Assembly: GCA_963648925.1 (NCBI GenBank)
Contig: CAVJFO010000036.1
Coordinates: 1,681 to 65,680 of the forward strand
Reading direction: 5' to 3'
DNA length: 64,000 bases
DNA from: Hallerella sp.
GTDB taxonomy: Bacteria > Bacillota_I > Bacilli_A > RFN20 > CAG-826
Every line of letters starts with the position of its first letter. Within the stretch, counting starts at the first letter, position 1. Position numbers and translations under genes: made by a program. The notes beneath the pieces are model-generated. The model made no database searches, was not told the origin of the DNA, and saw only the letters and a list, made by a program, of their open reading frames with translations. Below are positions 8,235-17,704 of this stretch, piece after piece.

Positions 8235-10001
8235 ATGAATAAGAAAATTAAATTGATACCAACCTTAAGCTTAATTCTTCTTTCTGGATCTGCTTTAGCG
8301 GGTATTTTAACCTCTTGCCAATTTGGCCAGTTTGATCCAAAAGCGGATAACCTTTCAAGTGAAAAAGAAGGAAATCTATATCTTGGAAAAACATCAGAAG
8401 ATGGGAAGGATATTGTTTCTTCTAGCATCGGAAAACTTAAATACAAAATGTTAGATGATGTGCCATATGTCACCTTTGGAAATTTTCTTTCAACTTTAGC
8501 GGGAGAAAATAGCTACATCGATGATTACAAGAATGGGTCTTACGTTTTTAATATTGGCAATTCTTTTGAGGCTAGCATCAACGCAAGCGAGGGAACTCTG
8601 ACATTTGATAAATTCGAGTTATTTATTGCCGCCTTAAACCAAAGCCCAGTCGTTAACAATCTTGTTACAACGGTAAGCACAAAAGGCATCTATCTTTCGG
8701 CAAGCGATACTTCCACATACACATATCCAGGCAAAACCGTATTCGACATTAAAGGAGCAGACCTTGATATCATTGCCGATGGAGATGAGGTATATCTTCC
8801 TTTCTCCGTTTTGAATTCGACATTCTTCGAATCTCTTTCTACTCCGTTTGCATTTAATGGCAACGATTTTTATCTTTGCTTCAACACGATGTTTGTTAAA
8901 CCTGTTAAAGATGCGGCAGGAAAATCAGTCATGTCTTCATACGGAAAAGACTATTACAGCGGTTCATATTCGACAAAGAATAGATCCCAATCGATGGCGG
9001 ATTATGCCTACGCATCTCTTTGTTACAACATCAACAACTTTTATGGGTTCCATGATAAATACGATAATTTTAGCCTCGATACCTATTTAAGAAATAAATA
9101 TCCAACAGTCCGTAACCACTTGAAGTCAACCCATATTGAAACATATGAAACTGGCGTTAATGAATTGTTTATGAATGTTTTTGGTGACGGTCATACGACA
9201 ACTTATTCTTTCTCAAGTTTTTATGGCGGGTTAAGCAATACGACAAGAAATAATGTCACTCCATCCGCTCGCGAAATTAAGTTAACTGCTGATTATAAGG
9301 AATTAACTGCCGCTAAAACTTTAGCCCTTGGACAAAGCTATTCTCCATTGGCTTTCAAAAACAAGACTGCAATTATTCGTTTCGATTCTTTTGATACCAC
9401 GGGTACTGTCGTTACGACAAAAAATGTTTCGGAATTACAAACTACAGAGTCATTTGCTTTGTTTTATGAATGTTTTGAGCAAATCAAAAAACATGGAAAT
9501 ATTGAAAATGTAGTTTTTGACCTTACGACAAATGGCGGTGGGGCCGCGGATGCCTTGGTTGCAACACTTGGCTTCTTAACAAATGACGTGAAAATCAATC
9601 TTGATAATGCCACGACAAAATCGACCACCGAGCTCCATTACAAAGTTGATACTAACCTTGATGGCAATTTTGATAGCAACGATTCATATAAAGGAAAATT
9701 TAATTTCTTTGCCTTAACCTCATCTTTTTCATTCTCTTGCGCTAATCTTTTCCCAACGGTTTGCAAAGACACTGGTTGCGCAAAAATCATCGGAGAACAA
9801 TCTGGCGGAGGAGCATGCGTAGTTAGAAATTCTGTCACGGCAGACGGAATGCCAGTAAGAATGTCTGGCTTAGAAAGACTTAATTACAAAAAAGATGGCA
9901 AGATGATCGATAACGATGATGGAATTGCTTCTGATTATGAATTTAGCCGCGCATTCTTCTATAACGACACTAAAATAGCTGAATTCGTTGAATCTAAATA
10001 A
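8235..10001 (+). CDS. peptidase S41-family-like lipoprotein
   Basis: Signal peptide plus lipobox (LAGILTSC). C-terminal S41-type motifs: NVVFDLTTNGGG, then LTSSFSFSCANLF...IIGEQSGGG. Confidence 0.6.
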   Translation: MNKKIKLIPTLSLILLSGSALAGILTSCQFGQFDPKADNLSSEKEGNLYLGKTSEDGKDIVSSSIGKLKYKMLDDVPYVTFGNFLSTLAGENSYIDDYKNGSYVFNIGNSFEASINASEGTLTFDKFELFIAALNQSPVVNNLVTTVSTKGIYLSASDTSTYTYPGKTVFDIKGADLDIIADGDEVYLPFSVLNSTFFESLSTPFAFNGNDFYLCFNTMFVKPVKDAAGKSVMSSYGKDYYSGSYSTKNRSQSMADYAYASLCYNINNFYGFHDKYDNFSLDTYLRNKYPTVRNHLKSTHIETYETGVNELFMNVFGDGHTTTYSFSSFYGGLSNTTRNNVTPSAREIKLTADYKELTAAKTLALGQSYSPLAFKNKTAIIRFDSFDTTGTVVTTKNVSELQTTESFALFYECFEQIKKHGNIENVVFDLTTNGGGAADALVATLGFLTNDVKINLDNATTKSTTELHYKVDTNLDGNFDSNDSYKGKFNFFALTSSFSFSCANLFPTVCKDTGCAKIIGEQSGGGACVVRNSVTADGMPVRMSGLERLNYKKDGKMIDNDDGIASDYEFSRAFFYNDTKIAEFVESK

Positions 10002-10010
10002 CTCTTAATT

Positions 10011-10046
10011 GGCTCCTTTCTTCTAGAATCAAGGGAGCCTTTTTCT
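10011..10046 (+). terminator. rho-independent terminator
   Basis: ggctccttt...aagggagcc 9-bp stem followed by ttttt. Confidence 0.75.
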
Positions 10047-10063
10047 TATCTTTTTGAAAGATA

Positions 10064-10072
10064 TGCTATAAT
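10064..10072 (+). promoter_or_regulatory. extended -10 promoter (TGcTATAAT) 6 nt upstream of the glf ATG; probable leaderless mRNA
   Basis: tgctataat at 10064-10072, then accacc, then ATG at 10079. No Shine-Dalgarno. Confidence 0.4.
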
Positions 10073-10078
10073 ACCACC

Positions 10079-11188
10079 ATGAATTACGATTATCTCATTA
10101 TTGGCGCTGGGCTTTCAGGGCTTAGCATAGCTAGATTATTAGCTGACGAGGGTAAAAAAGTCTTAATCTTGGAAAAAAGAGACCATTTTGGAGGAAATAT
10201 TGCCACCGAGGAAAAGGATGGCATTATTGTTCATACATATGGCCCACATATTTTCCACACATCCGATGAATTTGCCTGGAATTTCTTTAATAAACATTCG
10301 GATGTCTATCCTTTCATGAATTGCCCAATCGCAAACTATCACGGGGAAAGATATCATCTTCCATTCAATATGAATACTTTCCATGAACTTTGGGGAGTTA
10401 ACACGGCAGAAGAAGCAAAGGAAATCATTGCTAAAGAAATCGCCAAAGAAGGCATTAAAGAGCCGAAAAATCTTGAAGAACAAGCTTTAAGTATGGTTGG
10501 TAGAACGGTTTATACCAAACTCATCAAGGAATATACCGAAAAACAATGGGGGAAAGATTGCAAAGATCTTCCTGCATCAATAATCAAACGTTTGCCGTTA
10601 CGTTTTGAATATAACAACAATTATTTCAATGACATATATCAAGGTCTTCCTAAAGGAGGATTCTCAGAATTTGCCAAGAACCTCGCAAAAGGAATCGACA
10701 TTATTTATAACGTTGATTATCTTAAGGAAAAGGACAAATATTCTTCCTATGCCCCAGTTATCATTTACACTGGCCAATTAGATACTTATTTTGATTATTG
10801 CTATGGCAAACTCGAATGGAGATCATTACGTTTTGAAGAAGAAACTCTTCCGCAAGATGATTTCCAATCGAATCCAGTCGTCAATTACACCTCAAAAGAC
10901 GTTGGATACACAAGAATCACCGAGCATAAGCATTTCGATCCTTATTGTGAGAACCATCATTCGACAATTATCTATAAGGAATATCCTGATTCGTATTCCG
11001 ATGGAAAGATCCCTTATTACACGGTTAATGATGAAAGAAACAACAATCTTGCAAAGAAATACCTCGATGAAGCAAAGAAACTTGAACCAAACGTGTATTT
11101 CTTAGGAAGACTAGCCTTATATCGTTATTTCGATATGGATGATGCGATCGTTGCGGCTAAAGAATTATTTGATAAATTAGTTAAATAA
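10079..11188 (+). CDS. glf: UDP-galactopyranose mutase
   Basis: MNYDYLIIGAGLSGLSIARLL...ILEKRDHFGGN...YGPHIFHT, about 370 aa. FAD Rossmann N-terminus and Glf hallmark motifs. Confidence 0.9.
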   Translation: MNYDYLIIGAGLSGLSIARLLADEGKKVLILEKRDHFGGNIATEEKDGIIVHTYGPHIFHTSDEFAWNFFNKHSDVYPFMNCPIANYHGERYHLPFNMNTFHELWGVNTAEEAKEIIAKEIAKEGIKEPKNLEEQALSMVGRTVYTKLIKEYTEKQWGKDCKDLPASIIKRLPLRFEYNNNYFNDIYQGLPKGGFSEFAKNLAKGIDIIYNVDYLKEKDKYSSYAPVIIYTGQLDTYFDYCYGKLEWRSLRFEEETLPQDDFQSNPVVNYTSKDVGYTRITEHKHFDPYCENHHSTIIYKEYPDSYSDGKIPYYTVNDERNNNLAKKYLDEAKKLEPNVYFLGRLALYRYFDMDDAIVAAKELFDKLVK

Positions 11189-11199
11189 AGGAGAAAAAG

Positions 11200-12150
11200 A
11201 TGAAATACGTTGGTATTGATATTGGCGGAACCTCAATAAAGGGCGGATTCGTTTCTGAAGAAGGAGAAATCCTTAATCGTTTTGGCTTCCCAATCGATAA
11301 GAATGCGACTCAAGAAGAACTGATCAACCGTTTAGGCGATCTCATCAATGAGCAAATCGTCAAATGCGATTACAAAAAATCAGATTTTGCCGGCATTGGC
11401 ATTGGCTCACCTGGATCAATCAATTCCGATACAGGATGTTGCGATTTCTCTGGAAATTTAAATTGGCATCATCTCCCAATCGTGGATATGGTTGAAAAGA
11501 AAACCGGAATGAAGGCAAGAATTGCTAATGACGCGAATGCTGCAATGGCAGGGGAAGCAAAGTTTGGCGTTGGAAAGAACTACCACAATCTCGTTTTATT
11601 GACTTTAGGCACAGGGGTTGGCGGAGGAATTTACCTCAATGACCATCTCTATGTCGGAAATGAAGGAAAAGGGGGAGAGATGGGACATATGATCATCGCT
11701 ATGGATGGCGTTCAATGTTCTTGCGGCCTTAGAGGCTGTTTTGAAGCGTATGCTTCCGTAACGGCCCTTATCCGTCAAACAAAAGAGATGATGGAAAAAG
11801 ACAAGAATTCCATTATGTGGGATTATGTCGCGTATGATATCAACAAAGTTGATGGAAAAACAGCCTTTGAATGTTCGAAACAAGGCGATAAATCCGCAAT
11901 GAAGGTCGTCGATCAATATGAAGATTATCTTACGATTGGCTGCATTAACTATTGCAATATCTTTAGACCTGAAGCAATCGTTCTTGGCGGAGGACTCTCA
12001 AATCAAAGAGAATATCTAACAAACGCTATCGAAAAGAAGTTAAAAGAAAAGAAATACGGCTTTGAATGCACGGCTCCTGTAAAAGTATTCGTTTCTGCTT
12101 TAGGAAATGATGCTGGAATTCTTGGTGCTGCAGCATTGTTCATCGATTAA
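11200..12150 (+). CDS. glcK: ROK-family glucokinase
   Basis: MKYVGIDIGGTSIKGG..., ROK signature, zinc motif CSCGLRGCFEAYAS. AAAGGAGA SD upstream. Confidence 0.8.
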   Translation: MKYVGIDIGGTSIKGGFVSEEGEILNRFGFPIDKNATQEELINRLGDLINEQIVKCDYKKSDFAGIGIGSPGSINSDTGCCDFSGNLNWHHLPIVDMVEKKTGMKARIANDANAAMAGEAKFGVGKNYHNLVLLTLGTGVGGGIYLNDHLYVGNEGKGGEMGHMIIAMDGVQCSCGLRGCFEAYASVTALIRQTKEMMEKDKNSIMWDYVAYDINKVDGKTAFECSKQGDKSAMKVVDQYEDYLTIGCINYCNIFRPEAIVLGGGLSNQREYLTNAIEKKLKEKKYGFECTAPVKVFVSALGNDAGILGAAALFID

Positions 12151-12162
12151 TTTAAGCAAATA

Positions 12163-12199
12163 AAGACGTTAGAAATACTAAATTTCTACGTCTTTTTTG
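12163..12199 (+). terminator. rho-independent terminator of glf-glcK
   Basis: agacgttagaaat / atttctacgtct stem followed by tttttt. Confidence 0.7.
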
Positions 12200-12285
12200 T
12201 TTCTTGCTTGCTTATAAGGAGGAAGAAAAGACCCGTTATGTTCCAAACGTTATCTCAAATGGACGAGGAGCTTAAAACTCTTTTT

Positions 12286-12313
12286 TCAAAAAAGAAAAGG
12301 CGCCTAAGCGCCA
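12286..12313 (-). terminator. rho-independent terminator of the P-loop kinase gene
   Basis: Minus strand reads ggcgc-ttag-gcgcc followed by ttttcttttttt. Confidence 0.65.
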
Positions 12314-12317
12314 GATC

Positions 12318-12911
12318 TTATTTTTCCTCTAATAAGGCAATCGTTTCTCTCATTGATTTGAGGAACGCTTCGTCGTTGGAATTATCGAAGATCACCAATG
12401 AATAAGGATCTCCTTCGACTCTAAGATTTATAGGAGTTTTGAAATCCTGTGTTTTCACCCATGAATCAAAATATTTGATCTTGAAAACATCTCTTTCGGA
12501 ATTTCTTTGAATCATTCTCTTCCTAACGGTTTCGATATCGCAAATGACCCAAACAATTACCAAGTGAGCGTTATATTGTTCTTTGAGTTTCTTTCTTAAC
12601 GATTCGATATATTCAGGATGATGAAGCTCTCTCGTAAATGGAGCGTTAATTAAGACAATATCTTCATATCTTAAGGCAGTAAATGCCATTTCAAGAATGA
12701 CGTCATATTCAACATCACGGATATTTTTTTGAAAGAATTCGCCTTCTCTTTCAACTGGAATACCTGCAATTTTGTAAGCGACATTGCTAAGAGGGACTAA
12801 TGAGTCCTTATCAAGATAGGTTACGTGAGCTAGATTTTCCGCCAATTTCATTGATACATACGTTTTTCCACTCGCTGGCGGTGCGGATACAAGGATTAAT
12901 TTCTTTTCCAT
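12318..12911 (-). CDS. P-loop NTPase / small-molecule kinase-like ATP-binding protein (AAA_33-like)
   Basis: Start moved to M32 (MEKKLILVSAPPASGKTYV), which carries the Walker A motif. About 197 aa. Substrate unknown. Confidence 0.6.
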   Translation of the reverse strand: MEKKLILVSAPPASGKTYVSMKLAENLAHVTYLDKDSLVPLSNVAYKIAGIPVEREGEFFQKNIRDVEYDVILEMAFTALRYEDIVLINAPFTRELHHPEYIESLRKKLKEQYNAHLVIVWVICDIETVRKRMIQRNSERDVFKIKYFDSWVKTQDFKTPINLRVEGDPYSLVIFDNSNDEAFLKSMRETIALLEEK

Positions 12912-13031
12912 AAAACAACACTTTAAAATTTTTGCCCTAATATTAAAGACCTTAGAACCCTTAAAATGCAAGTGATATGTCATAAAACGACGTTTTTCCA
13001 TCAAAGATGGACGTAGTTGGCTTTAAAATAA

Positions 13032-13058
13032 TTAGCACTCAATACTTGCGAGTGCTAA
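13032..13058 (+). promoter_or_regulatory. CIRCE operator (HrcA binding site) overlapping the clpB promoter
   Basis: TTAGCACTC-aatacttgc-GAGTGCTAA is a perfect match to the CIRCE consensus TTAGCACTC-N9-GAGTGCTAA. It overlaps TTGCGA (13046-13051)-16 nt-TATAAT (13068-13073). Confidence 0.85.
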
Positions 13059-13118
13059 AAGAAGGGGTATAATAATAACGTTCCCGGAAAAGGGAAAGTT
13101 AATTAGGAGGTTTTATTT

Positions 13119-15236
13119 ATGAACGAAATGAATGGAATGGAAGATTATTCCCAAGATAAAGACATCCTTAATAAATTTGGCCGTAATGTCAACGCGGATG
13201 TTAAGGCTGGAAAGATAGATCCAGTCATCGGTCGTGATGAAGAAATAAGAAAAGTCATACAAATACTTGCAAGAAAAACAAAGAACAATGTTATTTTGCT
13301 TGGAGAGCCAGGCGTTGGAAAAACAGCAATAGTTGAAGGACTTGCTGAAAGAATCGTTAAAAACGATGTTCCTGCGACTTTAAAAGACAAAGAAATATAT
13401 GAACTTGATATGGGTGCCTTAATTGCTGGCGCTAAATATCGCGGAGAGTTTGAGGAACGTCTTAAAGCAGTCCTTAACAAAATCAAGGAATCTGATGGCA
13501 AAATTATTCTTTTTATCGATGAAATTCATCTTATCGTTGGAGCAGGAAGAACGGATGGGGCAATGGATGCCTCAAATATGCTTAAACCGATGCTTGCTCG
13601 CGGAGAGATTGATTGCATTGGTGCGACAACCTTAAATGAATATAGGCAATATATCGAAAAAGATAGGGCTCTTGAAAGACGTTTCCAAACAGTCATGATT
13701 GAAGAGCCTACGGTTGAAGATACAATCACGATTCTTCGTGGTCTCAAAGAAAGATTTGAATCATATCACGGGGTTAGAATTACGGATAATGCGTTGATTT
13801 CTGCTGCAACCCTTTCGAATAGATACATTACTAATCGTTTCTTACCAGATAAGGCGATCGACTTAATTGATGAGGCTTGTGCGGCAATCAAAGTTGAAAT
13901 TGAATCTATGCCAAGTGAGCTTGATGAAACCGATAGAAAGATTCGCTCCCTTGAAGTAGAACGCGTTGCTCTTACTAAAGAAAACGATGAATCAAGCAAG
14001 AAACGTCTTACCGAACTTGATAAAGAATTAGCAGATTATAAAGAAAAATCTAATAAGCTAACAGCTGAATGGCAAAAAGAGAAAGCACAAATAAAAGAAG
14101 CCAAAGATCTTAAAAATAAGATTGAGGAAGCAAAAATCGAACTTGCAAACTATTTCCAAGAAGGAAACTTCGAGAAAGCTTCAAAGATTCAATATCAAAC
14201 AATTCCTGAATATGAAAAGAGAATTAAGGATATCACCGAATCTACAAAAGATACCGAAAGACTTGTTGATGAGATCGTAGATTCCGAATCGATTGCAAAG
14301 ATAGTTGCAAAAAGAACAGGCATCCCTGTATCAAGAATCTCTAAAGGGGACAAAGAAAAGGTGCTTGATCTTAAGGATACTCTCGAAAAGAGAGTTATTG
14401 GTCAAGAAAATGCCATCACTCTTGTTTCTAATGCCATTCTTCGTCAAAGAGCGGGCATTCAAAACCCAAATAGACCTATTGGTTCATTCCTCTTTTTAGG
14501 ACCAACTGGCGTTGGCAAAACAGAAGTGGCAAGAGCCCTTGCTGAAGCCCTCTTTGATAATGAATCTAATATCATTCGTATCGATATGTCTGAATATATG
14601 GAAAAATATTCCGTTTCACGTCTTATTGGCGCGGCACCAGGATATGTTGGATATGAAGAAGGAGGACAATTGACCGAAAAGGTTCGTAGAAACCCTTATT
14701 CAATCGTTCTCTTTGATGAAATCGAAAAGGCTGATCCTGAAGTGTTCAATCTTCTTTTACAAATTCTCGATGATGGACGTTTAACTGATTCGCAAGGCCA
14801 TCTTGTTGATTTCAAGAACACTATTATCATCATGACTTCAAACTTAGGAAGTGAATACATCCTCAACGGAGAAAAGGATAAGGTTGAAGAGCTCCTTCAC
14901 CATACTTTCAAACCAGAATTCCTTAACAGAATCGATGAGATTGTTTATTTCAATCCTCTTGGAAAAGACACTCAATTGAAGATTGTTGATAAAATGTTAA
15001 ATGAACTTAAGGGAAGACTTGAGAATCAATTCTATTCTGTTGAGTTCACTGACAATCTTAGACAATACATTCTTGATTCTTCTTATACGCCAAACTTTGG
15101 CGCAAGACCAATTAAGCGATTCATTCAAGATAAGGTCGAGACATCTTTAGCTTCTGCAATTATCAAGGGTGAGATTGATACGAAAAATAAATACACCGTT
15201 GATGTTGATAATAACCAGATCGTTATCAAGAAATAA
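13119..15236 (+). CDS. clpB: ATP-dependent chaperone ClpB, short form lacking the N-terminal Clp_N domain
   Basis: 705 aa. It begins directly with [34 protein letters not shown]. Two AAA+ modules (GEPGVGKTA and GPTGVGKTE) are present, plus a long coiled-coil M-domain (LEVERVAL...ELADYKEK...). AGGAGG SD upstream. Confidence 0.9.
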   Translation: MNEMNGMEDYSQDKDILNKFGRNVNADVKAGKIDPVIGRDEEIRKVIQILARKTKNNVILLGEPGVGKTAIVEGLAERIVKNDVPATLKDKEIYELDMGALIAGAKYRGEFEERLKAVLNKIKESDGKIILFIDEIHLIVGAGRTDGAMDASNMLKPMLARGEIDCIGATTLNEYRQYIEKDRALERRFQTVMIEEPTVEDTITILRGLKERFESYHGVRITDNALISAATLSNRYITNRFLPDKAIDLIDEACAAIKVEIESMPSELDETDRKIRSLEVERVALTKENDESSKKRLTELDKELADYKEKSNKLTAEWQKEKAQIKEAKDLKNKIEEAKIELANYFQEGNFEKASKIQYQTIPEYEKRIKDITESTKDTERLVDEIVDSESIAKIVAKRTGIPVSRISKGDKEKVLDLKDTLEKRVIGQENAITLVSNAILRQRAGIQNPNRPIGSFLFLGPTGVGKTEVARALAEALFDNESNIIRIDMSEYMEKYSVSRLIGAAPGYVGYEEGGQLTEKVRRNPYSIVLFDEIEKADPEVFNLLLQILDDGRLTDSQGHLVDFKNTIIIMTSNLGSEYILNGEKDKVEELLHHTFKPEFLNRIDEIVYFNPLGKDTQLKIVDKMLNELKGRLENQFYSVEFTDNLRQYILDSSYTPNFGARPIKRFIQDKVETSLASAIIKGEIDTKNKYTVDVDNNQIVIKK

Positions 15237-15242
15237 TCTAGG

Positions 15243-15275
15243 AAACCGTTAAGCTAATTGCTTAGCGGTTTTTTA
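15243..15275 (+). terminator. rho-independent terminator of clpB
   Basis: aaaccgttaagc-taat-tgcttagcggtt followed by tttt. Confidence 0.8.
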
Positions 15276-15480
15276 CTGTCTATTTTTTGATATACATTTT
15301 TGCCACTAAAACATTTGAAACTGGGCATATTGCCGAAGATGTACTACATCTTGAGCCGTTTAATATTACTAAAAAGAATTTTATTCTGATAAACATTCTT
15401 TGAAATTTAATTCTTGTTGAGAACTATCATCAAAATTCATTAGTTTCCTATTTTTATTTACATACGCTCCTCTTATAATG

Positions 15481-15494
15481 GTTGTATATACAAC
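15481..15494 (+). promoter_or_regulatory. perfect 14-bp palindrome GTTGTATATACAAC; candidate MarR auto-operator
   Basis: Lies between TATAAT (15474-15479) and the SD/ATG of marR. Confidence 0.45.
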
Positions 15495-15512
15495 TAATTT
15501 ATGGAGGTAGAT

Positions 15513-15965
15513 ATGGATGTCACGGAACGTAAGATAACAAAAATTGCTAGAGAAACCGAGAAATTAGTTATCGCATCTTTAAAAGAAGAAGGCCTTGGAA
15601 CTGCGGAAATAGACTTGATTCATGCGCTACGACATGCCCCAGGATGTAGCCAATCTAAATTATGTGAAATCCTTCATGCGGATAAAGCCGCAATTGCTAG
15701 AAGGGTTAAAAATCTTGAGCAAAAAGGTTATTTAGTTTGCAAGAATGATCCTAACGATAGAAGAAGCCACATTCTTTTTCCGACAAAGAAAGCGGAAGAA
15801 CTTAAAGCTGATAAAGTCGTAATCGAATCTTCTTTCTATGAATATATTCTTTCATCGTTAACGGAAAAAGAACGAGAAACGTTTGCTGCTTTGCTAGATA
15901 AAGTGTATCTAGCCTCCAAAAAAGAAAGCCGTGCTGGTTTCCCTCATTTGAGGAGTAAACAATGA
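15513..15965 (+). CDS. MarR-family transcriptional regulator
   Basis: Winged-HTH pattern CSQSKLCEILHADKAAIARRVKNLEQKGYLVCKNDPNDRRSHILFPT. Start moved to MDVTERK (GGAGG 5 nt upstream). Stop overlaps the next ATG (ATGA). Confidence 0.85.
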   Translation: MDVTERKITKIARETEKLVIASLKEEGLGTAEIDLIHALRHAPGCSQSKLCEILHADKAAIARRVKNLEQKGYLVCKNDPNDRRSHILFPTKKAEELKADKVVIESSFYEYILSSLTEKERETFAALLDKVYLASKKESRAGFPHLRSKQ

Positions 15966-17704
15966 GAAGAAAACGCACATTCAAACCAGATAAGATTGGT
16001 AACTATTTCATGCTTGAATGGTTTCCACTCACTCTAGTTACAATATCAGGAATTATCTATAACGTTGGATTGCTTGCCACTCCGTATTTTGAAGGAAGAT
16101 TAGCGCAAACATTATCGGACATCCTAAAAGGAAACGAAGAATGGAAGACGATGCTTATCCTTGCGGGAATTTATTTAGGCATTGTTCTTTTTGTTCAGTT
16201 TTGCCGCTTTTTGAAACGTTTTTACGTTAGACGTTTTTCGAATAACGTTAACAAAAGAATGAAAGCTATTCTCTACGCAAATATTCTTCGAGAAGATCGC
16301 TCTTCTTTGCAAAAAGAAGGAAATGGCGAAATTATGACTAAGGCTTTATCTGATGTAGATGATTGTGCGGAAGGCATGCGTAAATTTACGACAGAGGTAT
16401 TCGACACAGGGGTATCATTTATTTCTTTTGCAATCATGCTATTTGTTTATGATTGGCGTCTTGCCTTGCTTTCCTTATCTTGTACGCCTATTGCATATAT
16501 ATGTGCTTATTTGATGAAAAAACCGATACATAAGGCCGGAAAGGAATTTAAGACTGCTAGCGCCTCCTTAAATGAAGCAACGCTTGATCGAGCTGAAAAT
16601 GCCTTAACGTATCGCATATATGGTTGCGAAAAGATAAGAGAAGACAAATATGATGAAGCGCTTAATACATATGAAAGAAAATCAATAAAGAATAACATAT
16701 GGCAAACTGCCTTATCGCCTCTATATCTTGCTTCAAGCAGCGTAGGTGTTTTCTTTATCCTTTATTTTGGTGGAAAGAATGTTTTAGGGGAAGGATGGCA
16801 AGTGTGGGATATTGCCGCCTTTACAACATTCTTATCGTCTTTTGCTAAATTATCTTTGCGAACATCAAAGGTCGCTAAACTATTTAATTCTGTCCAAAAA
16901 GCGGAGGTTTCTTGGAAAAGAATAAAACCTTTAATGAAAATGCCAAACGAATTTAAACAAATAGATTTAATGCATCTAGGTTCTTTAACTATTGATAACC
17001 TGTCTTTTTCTTATGGGGATAAAACCATTTTTAAAGATTTATCTGTTTGTTGCAATCCAGGCGACATTATTGGTGTTACAGGACCTATTGCAGGAGGAAA
17101 ATCCACATTTGGCAAAGCGTTTCTCCTTGAAAATGAATATACAGGGTCAATTATTTTTGATAATAAAGAATTATCTTCATTCACCAAAGAGCAACTAAGG
17201 AGAATTATCAGCTATTTGGGTCATGATCCTGAATTATTTTCTGAAACTATCAAAGAGAACATTGTTTTTGACCAAGATAAAGAAGTTTGGAAATATTTAA
17301 CAATGGTTGATTTAAAAGATGAAGTACTTTCTATGGAAAAGAAAGAAAATACTCTCATCGGAAATAATGGCATTCGTCTCTCTGGCGGTCAACAGCAAAG
17401 AGTCGCTCTTGCTAGAACGTTAGCAAATCCAAGACCAATAATGATTTTAGATGATCCGTTCTCGGCATTAGATAAAGAAACGGAAGATAAGATATTCACC
17501 AATTTGAAGGAATATGGAAAAGATAAAATCATCTTTTTAATCTCTCATAGGCTGTATCACTTCCCAGAAATGAATAAGGTAATTTATATTGAAAAAGGCA
17601 AGACGTGTGTCGGAAAACATGAAGATTTGATTCAAACAAACGAAACATACAAAAAACTTTATCAAAACCAAATAGGGAGCAAGAACAATGAAGAAGGAAA
17701 TTAG
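15962..17704 (+). CDS. ABC exporter permease/ATPase half-transporter, subunit 1 (degenerate Walker B and Q-loop)
   Basis: 580 aa: 6-TM domain plus NBD. Walker A GPIAGGKST, canonical signature LSGGQQQR. Walker B is ILDDPFSALD (Asp replaces the catalytic Glu). The Q-loop Gln is replaced by His (YLGHDPELF). Confidence 0.85.
   Translation: MRRKRTFKPDKIGNYFMLEWFPLTLVTISGIIYNVGLLATPYFEGRLAQTLSDILKGNEEWKTMLILAGIYLGIVLFVQFCRFLKRFYVRRFSNNVNKRMKAILYANILREDRSSLQKEGNGEIMTKALSDVDDCAEGMRKFTTEVFDTGVSFISFAIMLFVYDWRLALLSLSCTPIAYICAYLMKKPIHKAGKEFKTASASLNEATLDRAENALTYRIYGCEKIREDKYDEALNTYERKSIKNNIWQTALSPLYLASSSVGVFFILYFGGKNVLGEGWQVWDIAAFTTFLSSFAKLSLRTSKVAKLFNSVQKAEVSWKRIKPLMKMPNEFKQIDLMHLGSLTIDNLSFSYGDKTIFKDLSVCCNPGDIIGVTGPIAGGKSTFGKAFLLENEYTGSIIFDNKELSSFTKEQLRRIISYLGHDPELFSETIKENIVFDQDKEVWKYLTMVDLKDEVLSMEKKENTLIGNNGIRLSGGQQQRVALARTLANPRPIMILDDPFSALDKETEDKIFTNLKEYGKDKIIFLISHRLYHFPEMNKVIYIEKGKTCVGKHEDLIQTNETYKKLYQNQIGSKNNEEGN

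Noticed and set aside
12208-12405. 65-aa plus-strand ORF between glcK and the P-loop kinase gene
   Set aside because: It starts inside the glcK terminator, runs through the second terminator, and overlaps the convergent gene by 88 nt. It has no SD.
13145-13999. Several 70-118-aa ORFs overlapping clpB (both strands, alternative frames), plus similar ORFs within oppA/B/C/D/F, nfnB, dnaX, Na/Pi transporter and others
   Set aside because: All are nested in genes with strong family signatures. They are typical out-of-frame or antisense artefacts of a six-frame track.
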